Under the pieces are notes generated by a model, which searched no databases, was not told the DNA's origin, and worked only from the letters and a program-made list of their open reading frames with translations. Below are positions 1 to 8,737 of a stretch of DNA of 64,000 bases, one piece after another. Made by a program: the position numbers and the translations under genes. How positions within the stretch are numbered: position 1 is the stretch's first letter; every line of letters starts with the position of its first letter. The DNA is from an uncultured Candidatus Saccharibacteria bacterium (GTDB taxonomy: Bacteria > Patescibacteriota > Saccharimonadia > CAILAD01 > GCA-016700035): assembly GCA_964535385.1 (NCBI GenBank), contig CAZHSY010000005.1, positions 263-64,262 on the forward strand, written 5' to 3'.

Positions 1-597
1 ATTATCTTTGGTCGTCCAGTATGAGGTGAATTTAAATGACTGCTTGGGATTATTGGCGTAGTACTTGGTATTTACACCATTGCTAATCACGAAGAGCTGG
101 ACGAACTGAAAGAGCCCCTGGCCAGCCGAGTAGCTGTGGCGATGGTAGCGGGCGACTTGATTGTAGGCTTCCTTGAGCTCCATGCCGCGACGCTTCAGCT
201 CGACTTGCACGAGTGGCAAGCCGTTGATCAGAATCGTCACATCATAGCGATTTTTGTAGCTTCCCTCCATAGTGACTTGATTGGTTACTTGGTACTGATT
301 CTGACACCAGTCGCGAGAGTTGAAGAAATCCACGAAGACCGTACTGCCATCATCACGCTGAAGCGCCATGCGATCACGTAAGGTCTTCGAGCGATCATAT
401 ATATTACCTTTGGACAGATGGTTGAGGATCTTGGCGAATTCAGGCTCGGAGTATGTAGCCTGATTATGCTTCTCGAGCTGAGTTTTGAGATTAGCGAGTA
501 AGTCCCGCTCATTCCGAATCGTCACCGGCTCATACTTCATGGCGGTGAGCTGGGTAATTAGGTTTTGCTCAAGGATTTGTTCGGATTGGGTTGTCAT
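1..597 (-). CDS. hsdR: Type I restriction enzyme R subunit (HsdR), N-terminal part; runs off the window edge
   Basis: Reverse-strand translation from ATG at 597 gives MTTQSEQILEQNLITQLTAMKYEPVTIRNERDLLANLK...VTILINGLPLVQVELKRRGMELKEAYNQVARYHRHSY...GLFQFVQLFVISNGVNTKYYANN. This is the classic HsdR N-terminal nuclease/helicase lead-in. No stop before position 1. The start overlaps the upstream ORF stop by ATGA. Confidence 0.88.
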   Translation of the reverse strand, partial: MTTQSEQILEQNLITQLTAMKYEPVTIRNERDLLANLKTQLEKHNQATYSEPEFAKILNHLSKGNIYDRSKTLRDRMALQRDDGSTVFVDFFNSRDWCQNQYQVTNQVTMEGSYKNRYDVTILINGLPLVQVELKRRGMELKEAYNQVARYHRHSYSAGQGLFQFVQLFVISNGVNTKYYANNPKQSFKFTSYWTTKDN

Positions 598-986
598 AGT
601 ATTCTTAATACCTTTTTAATATTCTCAAATGCTTTGTGCTTTTCGTCATTCGACTCAACGTCTGAACTATTTGATATAAATATTAGGTTACGGGCTACTT
701 CACTTAATTCTTGCTTTTTGGGAACTATACCAAAAACAACAAATACCATTTTAAGGGCTATCGATTGATATTTTTCCTCTAAATCGCAACTTAATTGCCG
801 CAGTTCATCAAATGCATCTCTGGATACCTCTATGGGTAGATCATTAAAATACTTATTACTGTTATATTTTAAACGGTTCTGGACCATGCCTTTAACAGAC
901 CTAAACTGCATCAAAGGCTCAAGCATAAAGTTTTTCCCAAATAAGTAATCGCTGCAACAAGATATCCGATCATAACTATTAGCCAA
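594..986 (-). CDS. Hypothetical 130-aa protein embedded between hsdS and hsdR (AT-rich, predicted helical)
   Basis: Intact ORF with 4-nt ATGA overlap into hsdR and 14 nt after hsdS. Roughly 33% GC against ~50% for the genome. No motif I recognise. Confidence 0.5.
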   Translation of the reverse strand: MANSYDRISCCSDYLFGKNFMLEPLMQFRSVKGMVQNRLKYNSNKYFNDLPIEVSRDAFDELRQLSCDLEEKYQSIALKMVFVVFGIVPKKQELSEVARNLIFISNSSDVESNDEKHKAFENIKKVLRIL

Positions 987-999
987 TTCTCACTTAGCA

Positions 1000-2196
1000 T
1001 CACGGAAAAATCCTTTGAAGAAGAGCTCTCCTGAGGAGCTTTGCCAGCCTTAAGTTCTCACTTATGGAATCGATTTTCTCGTCTAGAGACTCTAAGAAGT
1101 CTGTGATTTTTTGCTGCTCTTCAAGACAAGGTAAATTAATTCTCACCTTCCTCAGTTCATTACTGCTAATTTCCATAAATGTTGAGCCACTTGATTTTAT
1201 CAAAAACTCCTTACGTGAATATCTTGCCCAATAATAAACAAATACGTTATTTATAGCCTTGTTAGCTATCATTGACTGAAAACCTTGATTTGTCGTAATA
1301 GGCATCTTTGCTATTGCAACCTCACCAACAGTTGCTCTACTTGTAAAGATAATTGCACCTGGTGGTAGTATTTTTGCTGACGAATTTTGAAGGCCCTGTT
1401 CCGTGATTGTTCGCTGACTTGATGTAATATATCTACCTTTCACCTCCGAAGGTGTCAACCAGGCAATTCTTCCTCCCCAGTATCCTGGGTTTGACGTATC
1501 TGGAGTCCCGCCCCCAACTACCTTGACAACACTGCCGAGTTTTTTCTCTTCCCAGTTCGGATAATTGCCTCCATCCACATCCTTAAATCGAATCTGCTGA
1601 GTAAAGATTTTTTGCATTACGCCTTTTTTGTATTGTTTCAAGAGCTCAAGTCGTTTTTCCAGTAACTCAATCTTCTTATCAACCGCCATCAGAAAATCTG
1701 CGATCTTTTCTTGCTCACTGCGTGAAGGCAGGCTTACTTTTATATTCTTAACAATTTCCGCAGAGAGATTACCCTGACCACCCTGCAAATACGTCTTTAG
1801 GATATTACTCTTATCCGCAGTCAGCTTTGAATATATGAAATATGTGTTTGCAGCGGGGCGGATACATAGTACCGCTTGATTAATCGCGCCATCAATCTTA
1901 GATATAGCCACCTGGCCACTTGTGGCACCATATAGTGCGTATAAAATATCCCCTTTTTCAACAGACTTAGCTGATGAAGCCTGAAGTGCTTCTCCTGATA
2001 TACACTCTTTTGTTTTAGAAAATGATATTTCTCCAGACTTAATAAAGGGTATTTTCCCCTCGTAAAATGATCGATTCGTCGACGTAGGGGTCCCTCCCGA
2101 AAAAGTTGTTGAAATATTACCCAGCTTCTTCAATACCCATTCATCAGTAAATTCTGAAAATCTTAATTTCGGAACAGGCTTCATAACAGCATTCAC
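1000..2196 (-). CDS. hsdS: Type I R-M specificity subunit HsdS (two target-recognition domains)
   Basis: Two TRDs separated and followed by the conserved HsdS repeats (LPSRSEQEKIADFL... and LPCLEEQQKITDFLESLDEKI). 4-nt overlap with the upstream gene. Low GC. Confidence 0.85.
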   Translation of the reverse strand: MNAVMKPVPKLRFSEFTDEWVLKKLGNISTTFSGGTPTSTNRSFYEGKIPFIKSGEISFSKTKECISGEALQASSAKSVEKGDILYALYGATSGQVAISKIDGAINQAVLCIRPAANTYFIYSKLTADKSNILKTYLQGGQGNLSAEIVKNIKVSLPSRSEQEKIADFLMAVDKKIELLEKRLELLKQYKKGVMQKIFTQQIRFKDVDGGNYPNWEEKKLGSVVKVVGGGTPDTSNPGYWGGRIAWLTPSEVKGRYITSSQRTITEQGLQNSSAKILPPGAIIFTSRATVGEVAIAKMPITTNQGFQSMIANKAINNVFVYYWARYSRKEFLIKSSGSTFMEISSNELRKVRINLPCLEEQQKITDFLESLDEKIDSISENLRLAKLLRRALLQRIFP

Positions 2197-3239
2197 AAAT
2201 CTTTCTCCTGTGGCTTTTCTTCCGTGCTGGGTTTGTTATGAATCTTCTTCACGGCTTCATCAAAGTCCGACACAAACTGCTTGTCTTGGATGGGCTGGAA
2301 CTCCCCGTACTCTTCGTGCGCTAGTTTCTCAGCTGCGGATCGACTCACTCTACCTGGGTCTTTAAGAATCTCATATTCATTAAAGCGCAAAAAAGCATCA
2401 ATCTTATCTGTCCAGTCAGCCATCTTCATAGCTATGCCACGCTCGGCTTGATTCTCGGCGTAATCGAGATACATGGTCACAATGCGATTCAGCTCACGCA
2501 ACTCATTCTCATTGAGGTAGTTCTTGCCTACCGTGATATCGCTCTTGAGAATCTTGCCACTTGGTGAATTCTTCCACGTCTTGAGTCCCATGTGTGGCTT
2601 CGTCGCATCGGCTGAGCTCGTAATAAGCTCCGAGGCAGTCTGGCCGTGGATGGCGAAGTGCAGTTTATTCTGCACAGTTGCAAAAAACTCCTTAGTGATC
2701 GGGGCACCTTTGTCATAATCAATTGCAGTCGCGTAAATATCCGTAATCTTCTGATAAAAATGCCTCTCGCTAGCCCGGATCTCTCGGATCTTCTCGAGCA
2801 ACTCATCGAAATAATCCTTACCAAAATGCGTACCGTTCTTCAGTCGTTCATCATCGATGGCAAAGCCCTTAATAATAAAGTTGCGCAACGTCTGGGTCGC
2901 CCAGATTCGGAATTGAGTAGCCTGATGGGAATTCACGCGATAGCCAACCGAAATAATAGCGTCGAGGTTATAAAAATTTACTTCTCTCTCAATGTCTCGG
3001 CTACCCTCTTTTTGAACTATCCGGAATTTCCGGATAGTTGCATCTTCGGTCAGTTCGTTGCTGGTATAAATATTCCCCAGATGTTCATTGATAGTTCGTA
3101 CATCAACATCGAATAGCTCTGCCATTCGCTTCTGCGTTAACCAAATAGTCTCGTCCTGGAAAAAAACTTCAACCTTCACCTCCCCGTCTGGAGCAACGTA
3201 GAGTAGAAAGTCCGACTTCTTCATCTCTGCCTCATTCAC
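2193..3239 (-). CDS. rhuM: RhuM-family virulence/DNA-binding protein, embedded in the type I R-M operon
   Basis: N-terminal FLLY..DGEVKVEV..QDETIWLTQKRMAELFDVDVRTINEHLGNIY...RKFRIVQKEGSRDIEREVNFYNLDAIISVGYRVNS.QATQFRIWAT is the RhuM signature. 4-nt overlaps on both sides. Confidence 0.8.
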   Translation of the reverse strand: MNEAEMKKSDFLLYVAPDGEVKVEVFFQDETIWLTQKRMAELFDVDVRTINEHLGNIYTSNELTEDATIRKFRIVQKEGSRDIEREVNFYNLDAIISVGYRVNSHQATQFRIWATQTLRNFIIKGFAIDDERLKNGTHFGKDYFDELLEKIREIRASERHFYQKITDIYATAIDYDKGAPITKEFFATVQNKLHFAIHGQTASELITSSADATKPHMGLKTWKNSPSGKILKSDITVGKNYLNENELRELNRIVTMYLDYAENQAERGIAMKMADWTDKIDAFLRFNEYEILKDPGRVSRSAAEKLAHEEYGEFQPIQDKQFVSDFDEAVKKIHNKPSTEEKPQEKDL

Positions 3240-4807
3240 TGAGTGCCCCCAAACGGCGTCTCAATTCCTAGCTCTTTGCAGTACTCCGCAATCTTTTGAT
3301 CTATTGCGATACTGTCTTTGTCCAGCTGTTTAATCTCACGCGTAACTTCCGCCAGATCAATCTCTGGCTCCTCTTCGAAGGTATCGACATAACGTGGGAT
3401 GTTGAGGTTGTAATCATTTTCTTTGATCTCGGCCAGAGTCGCGCGGTGGCTATACTTCTCGATCTCTTCGCGTTTGGTGTAGGTATCGAGGATCTTCGCA
3501 ATGTCTTCTTCGCGGAGCTTGTTTTGATTTTTACCCTTTTCAAAATGCTTGCTAGCATCGATGAAAAGTATATCGTTCGTGCTCTCGCGGCATTTCTTAA
3601 AGACCAAGATACAAGCTGGGATGCTGGTGCCAAAGAAAAGGTTGGCCGGTAGACCAATCACGGCATCTAGGTAGTTCTTCTCACGGATAAGAAACTCGCG
3701 GATATGCCCCTCGGCTGCGCCGCGGAAGAGGACGCCGTGTGGCATGACGGTCGCCATAGTGCCATTGTCATCCAGCTGGTACACCATGTGTTGAATAAAA
3801 GCGTAATCCGCCTTGGTCCTCGGGGCTAGCTTGCCGTACTGCGCGAAGCGATCATCTTGCAAGTGCCCAGCATCAGCCGACCAGTGCGCACTAAAAGGAG
3901 GATTGGCTACGATTGCTTCAAAGTGATGCTCTGTATGCTGCGGGTGCTCGAGCGTATTTTCCTGACGGATATCAAACCTATCGAAGCGCACATCGTGAAG
4001 AATCATATTCATGCGCGCAAGGTTGTATGTGGTCGGGTTCAGCTCCTGTCCGTAGAACGCATCTACATCTTCCACATATCGGGCCACACGTAGCAGTAGC
4101 GAGCCCGAGCCACAGGTCGGATCATACACACTCTTAAGGCGCTTCTTCCCACTCGTAACAAGGCGGGCCAGCACTTCTGATACTTCTTGCGGAGTATAAA
4201 ACTCGCCAGCTTTCTTACCAGCCCCGGCCGCGAACTGACCAATGAGATACTCGTAAGCATCACCGAGTACGTCGATCTTGGCGTCTTCAAGTCGGAAATC
4301 AATCTTATCCAGATGAAGCAATACGCGAGAGAGAAGCTTGGCGCGGTCAGCATTAGTACGTCCAAGGCGTGAAGAGTTTAACTCAATCTCGCTGAAGAGC
4401 TTATCGAAGTCATCTTCGCTATCACGACCCATAGTGCTTTGCTCGATGCTATTAAGATTGCGCTCAAGGTCTTCGATGAGATTTGGTGAATTTGCACCGT
4501 GCTCGGCCACGTAGCTAAAGAGCTCTGTGGGTCTTAAAAAATAGCCCAGACCATCGACAGCCTCCTCTCGGATAGCTTCGATCATCTGCTTATCTTGCTT
4601 TACATTCTCATCGAGATCGACGTATACGCGGCCATCTGGCTTCAGCAACTTGTCGGCGTATGCGTTCATTTGCTCCGAGAGATACTTGTAAAAGATAAAG
4701 CCCAGGATGTAGTCACGGAACTGACCGGCATCCATATTACCGCGCAACTCATTGGCGATGTTCCATAGTTGGGTCTGCAGTATCTTCTTTTGTTCCTCGG
4801 ACATCAC
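3236..4807 (-). CDS. hsdM: Type I R-M N6-adenine DNA methyltransferase subunit HsdM
   Basis: 523 aa. N-terminal HsdM_N helical domain (LWNIANELRGNMDAGQFRDYILGFIFYKYLSE), AdoMet motif DPTCGSGSLL and catalytic NPPF (IVANPPFS). Good RBS AAAGGAGAGG upstream. Confidence 0.92.
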   Translation of the reverse strand: MMSEEQKKILQTQLWNIANELRGNMDAGQFRDYILGFIFYKYLSEQMNAYADKLLKPDGRVYVDLDENVKQDKQMIEAIREEAVDGLGYFLRPTELFSYVAEHGANSPNLIEDLERNLNSIEQSTMGRDSEDDFDKLFSEIELNSSRLGRTNADRAKLLSRVLLHLDKIDFRLEDAKIDVLGDAYEYLIGQFAAGAGKKAGEFYTPQEVSEVLARLVTSGKKRLKSVYDPTCGSGSLLLRVARYVEDVDAFYGQELNPTTYNLARMNMILHDVRFDRFDIRQENTLEHPQHTEHHFEAIVANPPFSAHWSADAGHLQDDRFAQYGKLAPRTKADYAFIQHMVYQLDDNGTMATVMPHGVLFRGAAEGHIREFLIREKNYLDAVIGLPANLFFGTSIPACILVFKKCRESTNDILFIDASKHFEKGKNQNKLREEDIAKILDTYTKREEIEKYSHRATLAEIKENDYNLNIPRYVDTFEEEPEIDLAEVTREIKQLDKDSIAIDQKIAEYCKELGIETPFGGTQ

Positions 4808-4893
4808 CCTCTCCTTTTGTATAGATGTATTCTACCTGATGCAACCTGGTAAATCATTAAATATTGATTTGTTTATCAACTAGGCTCTCCAGT

Positions 4894-5415
4894 TCAGCTC
4901 ACTTCAGCTAATGCTGAGCGGAATGCCGCCAGAGAAGAATCTGAACGCACCACAAAATACAGATCATCAAGTGACTCAACACCATGACTGAGAGCATTAA
5001 GGCCTGCTCGCACCGCCACACGGGCGGCTTCCTCGAGAGGATATCCAAAGCTCCCCGTCGATATGGCGGGTATTGCTAGTGATTTTAGACCATACTCTTG
5101 TGCTCTTTGGATCGCGTTGGCGTAACAAGCTGTCAGTAACTGCTCCTCGCGCCCCTCCTCTTGTCCATATATCGGCCCCACCGTATGAAAAACATAGTTT
5201 GCTGCCAGAGCAAACCCGGGGGTCACTTTTACTTCCCCTGTCTGACAACCACCGAGGGTGCGGCAGTAATCTTTTAGCTCTGGCCCGGCGGCTCGATGAA
5301 TAGCACCATCCACCCCACCACCACCAAGCAAGGTATAGTTTGCGGCGTTTACTATGGCGTCGACTTCTAGCTGAGTAATATCGGCCTGAATGATATGTAT
5401 ATTGGCTCGAGACAT
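4894..5415 (-). CDS. Macro-domain protein (O-acetyl-ADP-ribose deacetylase, YmdB/MacroD-like)
   Basis: IIQADITQLEVDAIVNAAN..LLGGGGVDGAIHRAAG...AIPAISTGSFGYP are macro-domain motifs. Confidence 0.85.
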   Translation of the reverse strand: MSRANIHIIQADITQLEVDAIVNAANYTLLGGGGVDGAIHRAAGPELKDYCRTLGGCQTGEVKVTPGFALAANYVFHTVGPIYGQEEGREEQLLTACYANAIQRAQEYGLKSLAIPAISTGSFGYPLEEAARVAVRAGLNALSHGVESLDDLYFVVRSDSSLAAFRSALAEVS

Positions 5416-5487
5416 ACATATATGGTATCAGAGCCTGTTTTGGGTGGGCAAAAACGCTCTTCTCACGAAACAACGTAGTAAATAAAT

Positions 5488-5574
5488 TGGTGCGGATGAG
5501 AGGACTTGAACCTCCACGGGGTTGCCCCCACTAGAACCTGAATCTAGCGTGTATACCAATTTCACCACATCCGC
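5488..5574 (-). tRNA. tRNA-Leu(CAG), 87 nt with long variable arm; CCA encoded
   Basis: Reverse complement GCGGATGTGGTGAAATTGGTATACACGCTAGATTCAGGTTCTAGTGGGGGCAACCCCGTGGAGGTTCAAGTCCTCTCATCCGCACCA. 7-bp acceptor stem, anticodon stem CTAGA/TCTAG with loop TTCAGGT (anticodon CAG), GC-rich variable arm, T-loop GGTTCAAGTCC. Confidence 0.85.
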
Positions 5575-5624
5575 ATGTAAACTTTTCTCTGATCTCAGCG
5601 CGACCTACTTCTAGCACGCTGGCC

Positions 5625-5735
5625 GGCGTTGTACGCTCCTATGAAGACTCACCGTACGTCGAGTACGCCTCGTCTTCATGCGGGGCTACTGCCTTGACCA
5701 GCATCACTAGAAGATAGCTCGGTACTCAATGAAGG
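5625..5735. repeat. Dispersed intergenic repeat, copy A (core in minus orientation)
   Basis: Shares about 80% identity over ~110 nt with copy B at 10745-10860. Contains the reverse of the family core (ccagcatcactagaag..cggtact) and the internal stem atgaagac/gtcttcat. Confidence 0.6.
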
Positions 5736-5823
5736 ATCATCTTTTTTAAGGGGCTTTGGGCTGTGTTTTTCTCAGGGACGATGATTGATCAGATCCAGAA
5801 TAACAACTGCGCGTCGGAAAAAT

Positions 5824-7551
5824 CTAATTCCCCTTCTTCGCTACCTGCTTGGTCTTGAGGGCCCAGCGTTCGGCGTGATAAAAGCGATCTGACGGGCTGG
5901 TCAAGTAACTGGCCTCAACACCGCTCAAGCGAACGGTATGAGCATACAGGTAATCTGGCGAGTAAAGCAAGAGGGCGGGAGCATCATCGGCCCACAGACT
6001 GACAAATTCCTGATACTTTTTATTACGAAACGCAGGGTCCTTACCTAGCCGAGCCTGTTCGATCAAGCTATCGGCCTTCGGATTGCTGTAGGCTGATAGA
6101 TTCAGGCCAGGGTCAGTCGCCTGACTGGAGTGCCAGAAGCTATAAACATCGCTCTCCCCGCCCATGTCTTGGCCATAGAGCAAGATATCGTACTCGCGAG
6201 GACGGATGTAGTTCTGTTGAAGGCTGAAGCTGTCCACCGTCACCACATCGACTGCCACGCCGGCGTCTTGGAAATTCTTGGCTACTCGAGCTGCCAGTAC
6301 TGGATAATCGCCGCTATTGACCGTCACAAGCTTCAGGCGATTCTTGAAGACACCCTGTAAGGCTGACTGGGCAGCACTGGCGTCATATGCAGGCTTGGTG
6401 GCCTGGGCATTGAAGCCGCCGTAGCCAGGAAGGATTGGGTAATTGATAATACTCCCCTCGTCGTGTAAGACATCATGAAAAATAGCTTCACGATCGACCG
6501 CCTTCGCAAGCGCCCGCCGCACATCTACGCTATCGAGGCCAGTCCGCTTGGTATTAAAATACACACCGACCATCACCGGCAGACGACTGCGTGTAACATC
6601 AAGCTGTGAGTACTTCTCGAGAGTTTTTACTTGCTCCGGCAAAACGCCGGCCATACCGTCAATCTCACGCTTGGCATAGCTATCGAGCATGCCGCGGGCG
6701 TCATCGAACTGCTTGAGCTCAATGGCATCGAGGTAGGCCTTTTGCCCATAATATTCTGGGTTGCGCTTCAGGCGGATAGCCGTCGCCTGTGGATCAAGCG
6801 GCTCCATCATGAATGGACCACTGCCAATCGGCTGTTGATTGTACTCATCGAGTCGCAGCATATTCGGCTGAACATTGCCGAGAACGTGCTCCGGCAGAAT
6901 ACTGACGCGGCCGAGGGCGTTTAGGAAGCCGCTATAGCTGGCTGGCAACACGAACTGAATATGCGTGTCATCGATCTGATTGATCACCACCTTGCCCCAG
7001 CTAGTAGCCAGCAAGGATCGGCTATCCGGGTTTTGGATAGTCTTAAAGGTAAAAATCACGTCCTTGGCCGTGAGTGGCACCCCATCCTGCCACTTCACCC
7101 CCTGTCGCAAGCCAATCGTATAGGTACGCTTATCACTCGAAGCCTCCCAACTAGTCGCAAGATCAGGCTCAATTGTTTCATTGGCCTTGACTCGAATCAG
7201 GCGCGAGAAAACTAGAGACGTCACATCTGAGGTAGCAGTATTATCTTCATAGAGTGGATTTACCAGGTGAACACGGCCAACAATCCCCTCGCGGTAGACA
7301 CCACCACTAGCCGGAACGGTCTTCTGCCATGAGCTGTCCAGATGATCCCAAGCCCTAACCAGACCAAAGATACTGATAAAAGCGATAAAAATCCAAGCCG
7401 CAAACTGCCAACGCATCTGACCGAGTTTCTGCCAGGCACCGTAGACATGGCGCTGTACGTAGTTATGGAGCCAAAGTCGAGCAGCCTTAAACCAACGGAC
7501 GAAGGCCCGGCGAGCTTGGTGGAAACGAAAGACAAAGTAGTTTGAACGCAT
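5824..7551 (-). CDS. ABC transporter substrate-binding protein, family 5 (oligopeptide/dipeptide/nickel type), with N-terminal membrane anchor
   Basis: 575 aa. SBP_bac_5 hallmarks (YTIGLRQGVKWQDGVPLTAKDVIFTF). N-terminal TM helix FAAWIFIAFISIFGLV. The real start may be the internal Met (MRWQF...). Confidence 0.8.
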   Translation of the reverse strand: MRSNYFVFRFHQARRAFVRWFKAARLWLHNYVQRHVYGAWQKLGQMRWQFAAWIFIAFISIFGLVRAWDHLDSSWQKTVPASGGVYREGIVGRVHLVNPLYEDNTATSDVTSLVFSRLIRVKANETIEPDLATSWEASSDKRTYTIGLRQGVKWQDGVPLTAKDVIFTFKTIQNPDSRSLLATSWGKVVINQIDDTHIQFVLPASYSGFLNALGRVSILPEHVLGNVQPNMLRLDEYNQQPIGSGPFMMEPLDPQATAIRLKRNPEYYGQKAYLDAIELKQFDDARGMLDSYAKREIDGMAGVLPEQVKTLEKYSQLDVTRSRLPVMVGVYFNTKRTGLDSVDVRRALAKAVDREAIFHDVLHDEGSIINYPILPGYGGFNAQATKPAYDASAAQSALQGVFKNRLKLVTVNSGDYPVLAARVAKNFQDAGVAVDVVTVDSFSLQQNYIRPREYDILLYGQDMGGESDVYSFWHSSQATDPGLNLSAYSNPKADSLIEQARLGKDPAFRNKKYQEFVSLWADDAPALLLYSPDYLYAHTVRLSGVEASYLTSPSDRFYHAERWALKTKQVAKKGN

Positions 7552-7570
7552 AAATAGAGCGGCAGCGAGA

Positions 7571-7789
7571 CTAGGCCAGGAAAAGCCGAGCCAATAAACT
7601 CACTACCAAAATCACGGCTAGCGCGATCGTGAAACCAAACAACCCGCGCTCTGCTCCGCGTCGGGTTCGATACACATTACTTGAACCACCAAAAGCGTCT
7701 CCTAGACCGCTCCCTTGGCTCTGCAACAATACAGCCACAATCAATAAAATCGAACTGGCTACAGCAATTATATTCAGCGCTACTATCAT
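7571..7789 (-). CDS. secG: Preprotein translocase subunit SecG
   Basis: 72 aa with two TM segments and the SecG loop motif LLQSQGSGLGDAFGGSS. Confidence 0.75.
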   Translation of the reverse strand: MIVALNIIAVASSILLIVAVLLQSQGSGLGDAFGGSSNVYRTRRGAERGLFGFTIALAVILVVSLLARLFLA

Positions 7790-8151
7790 GCGACTGACTC
7801 CTTACCTGGCATCAGAGCTGAGAAGAGATAGTTGACGAGCCAAATGATAATAACGGTGCCAATAGCAGTCGTCCACTTCGTAATCGATAAAGAGGGGTAG
7901 AAGAAGCTTGTGATGTAAAGCATGGCGGCGTTCACGAATAACATGAATATCCCGAGCGTCAAGACAATGGCCGGAAGACTCAAGAGGACTACCAGTGGGC
8001 GGATGAAGGCATTGACGATACCAAAAACAAGAGCTGCAATTACCAGTACGATAATCCGATCATCATACTGAATACGCCCAGCGAAAAGCTGTGCGGCAAT
8101 CCACAAACCTACGAAATTTACTGCCCATGAGAAAAGTATTCGACGGAGCAT
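7786..8151 (-). CDS. DUF360 / phage-holin-4-like 4-TM membrane protein
   Basis: 121 aa with 4 predicted TM helices. Pattern FxGLWIAAQLF...IVNAFIRPLVVLLSLPAIVLTLGIFMLFVNAAML is typical of PF04020. 4-nt overlap with secG. Confidence 0.65.
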   Translation of the reverse strand: MLRRILFSWAVNFVGLWIAAQLFAGRIQYDDRIIVLVIAALVFGIVNAFIRPLVVLLSLPAIVLTLGIFMLFVNAAMLYITSFFYPSLSITKWTTAIGTVIIIWLVNYLFSALMPGKESVA

Positions 8152-8174
8152 AACGGCGTATATTGTATCAAAAA

Positions 8175-8336
8175 TTAGTCCTTTTTGCGAGACTTAGAGG
8201 CGCTACTCGAAACCCTGCCCAACAGAAAAACGCCCTTGCCACTAACCTTCATACGGTTAGTGGCGTATTTTTTGCGATCACGAGCTTCGGCTTTAATGAG
8301 ACTCTGGGTAAGACGAGATTTTTTAGTGCGTGCCAT
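8175..8336 (-). CDS. Small basic protein, 53 aa (MARTKKSRLTQSLIKAEARDRKKYATNRMKVSGKGVFLLGRVSSSASKSRKKD); not in the ORF track because it is under 60 aa
   Basis: My own translation. Sits 24 nt upstream of the DUF360 gene on the same strand. A TATAAT box about 13 nt upstream of the ATG suggests a leaderless or short-leader mRNA. Lys/Arg-rich like a ribosomal or nucleic-acid-binding protein, but I cannot match it to a family. Confidence 0.35.
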   Translation of the reverse strand: MARTKKSRLTQSLIKAEARDRKKYATNRMKVSGKGVFLLGRVSSSASKSRKKD

Positions 8337-8737
8337 ACGTAAGCGCATTATAACCTGGTCGTAAGTAGGATAAAAGCTTTAGGAGACGTGATCTAAGTCA
8401 CAGACATGTTCGTACGGTTTTCGGTATAATAATAACCATGATTACCGCATAATGGAGGAAATGGATATGACACTTACAAGATCTGACCTGCAAGAGATTA
8501 AGGCACTCTTTCAGGAAAATAATGCCGAGATCTTCTCGGTTATTAATGATTTAGCCTCACATACTGATAGCCAGATACAATAACTACGTCAGGATATAGA
8601 AAAGATGCGAGACGATATTACCGACCTACGTGTCGACCTCACTAATCTGCAGTCAGAAGTCCGCACTGGCTTTGCTTACGTCAACCAATCAATCACTAGC
8701 CTTCAAACTACTCAAGCTCGATTGGAAGCACGATAAA

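Noticed and set aside
136-512. Track ORFs 136..381(+) and 285..512(-)
   Set aside because: Both are explained by the real minus-strand hsdR reading frame (1..597) found by manual translation. They are shadow or off-frame ORFs.
2524-3116. ORFs antisense to rhuM (2524..2718+, 2646..3116+, 2528..2824-)
   Set aside because: They lie inside or opposite a well-supported RhuM gene, have no RBS, and are low-complexity.
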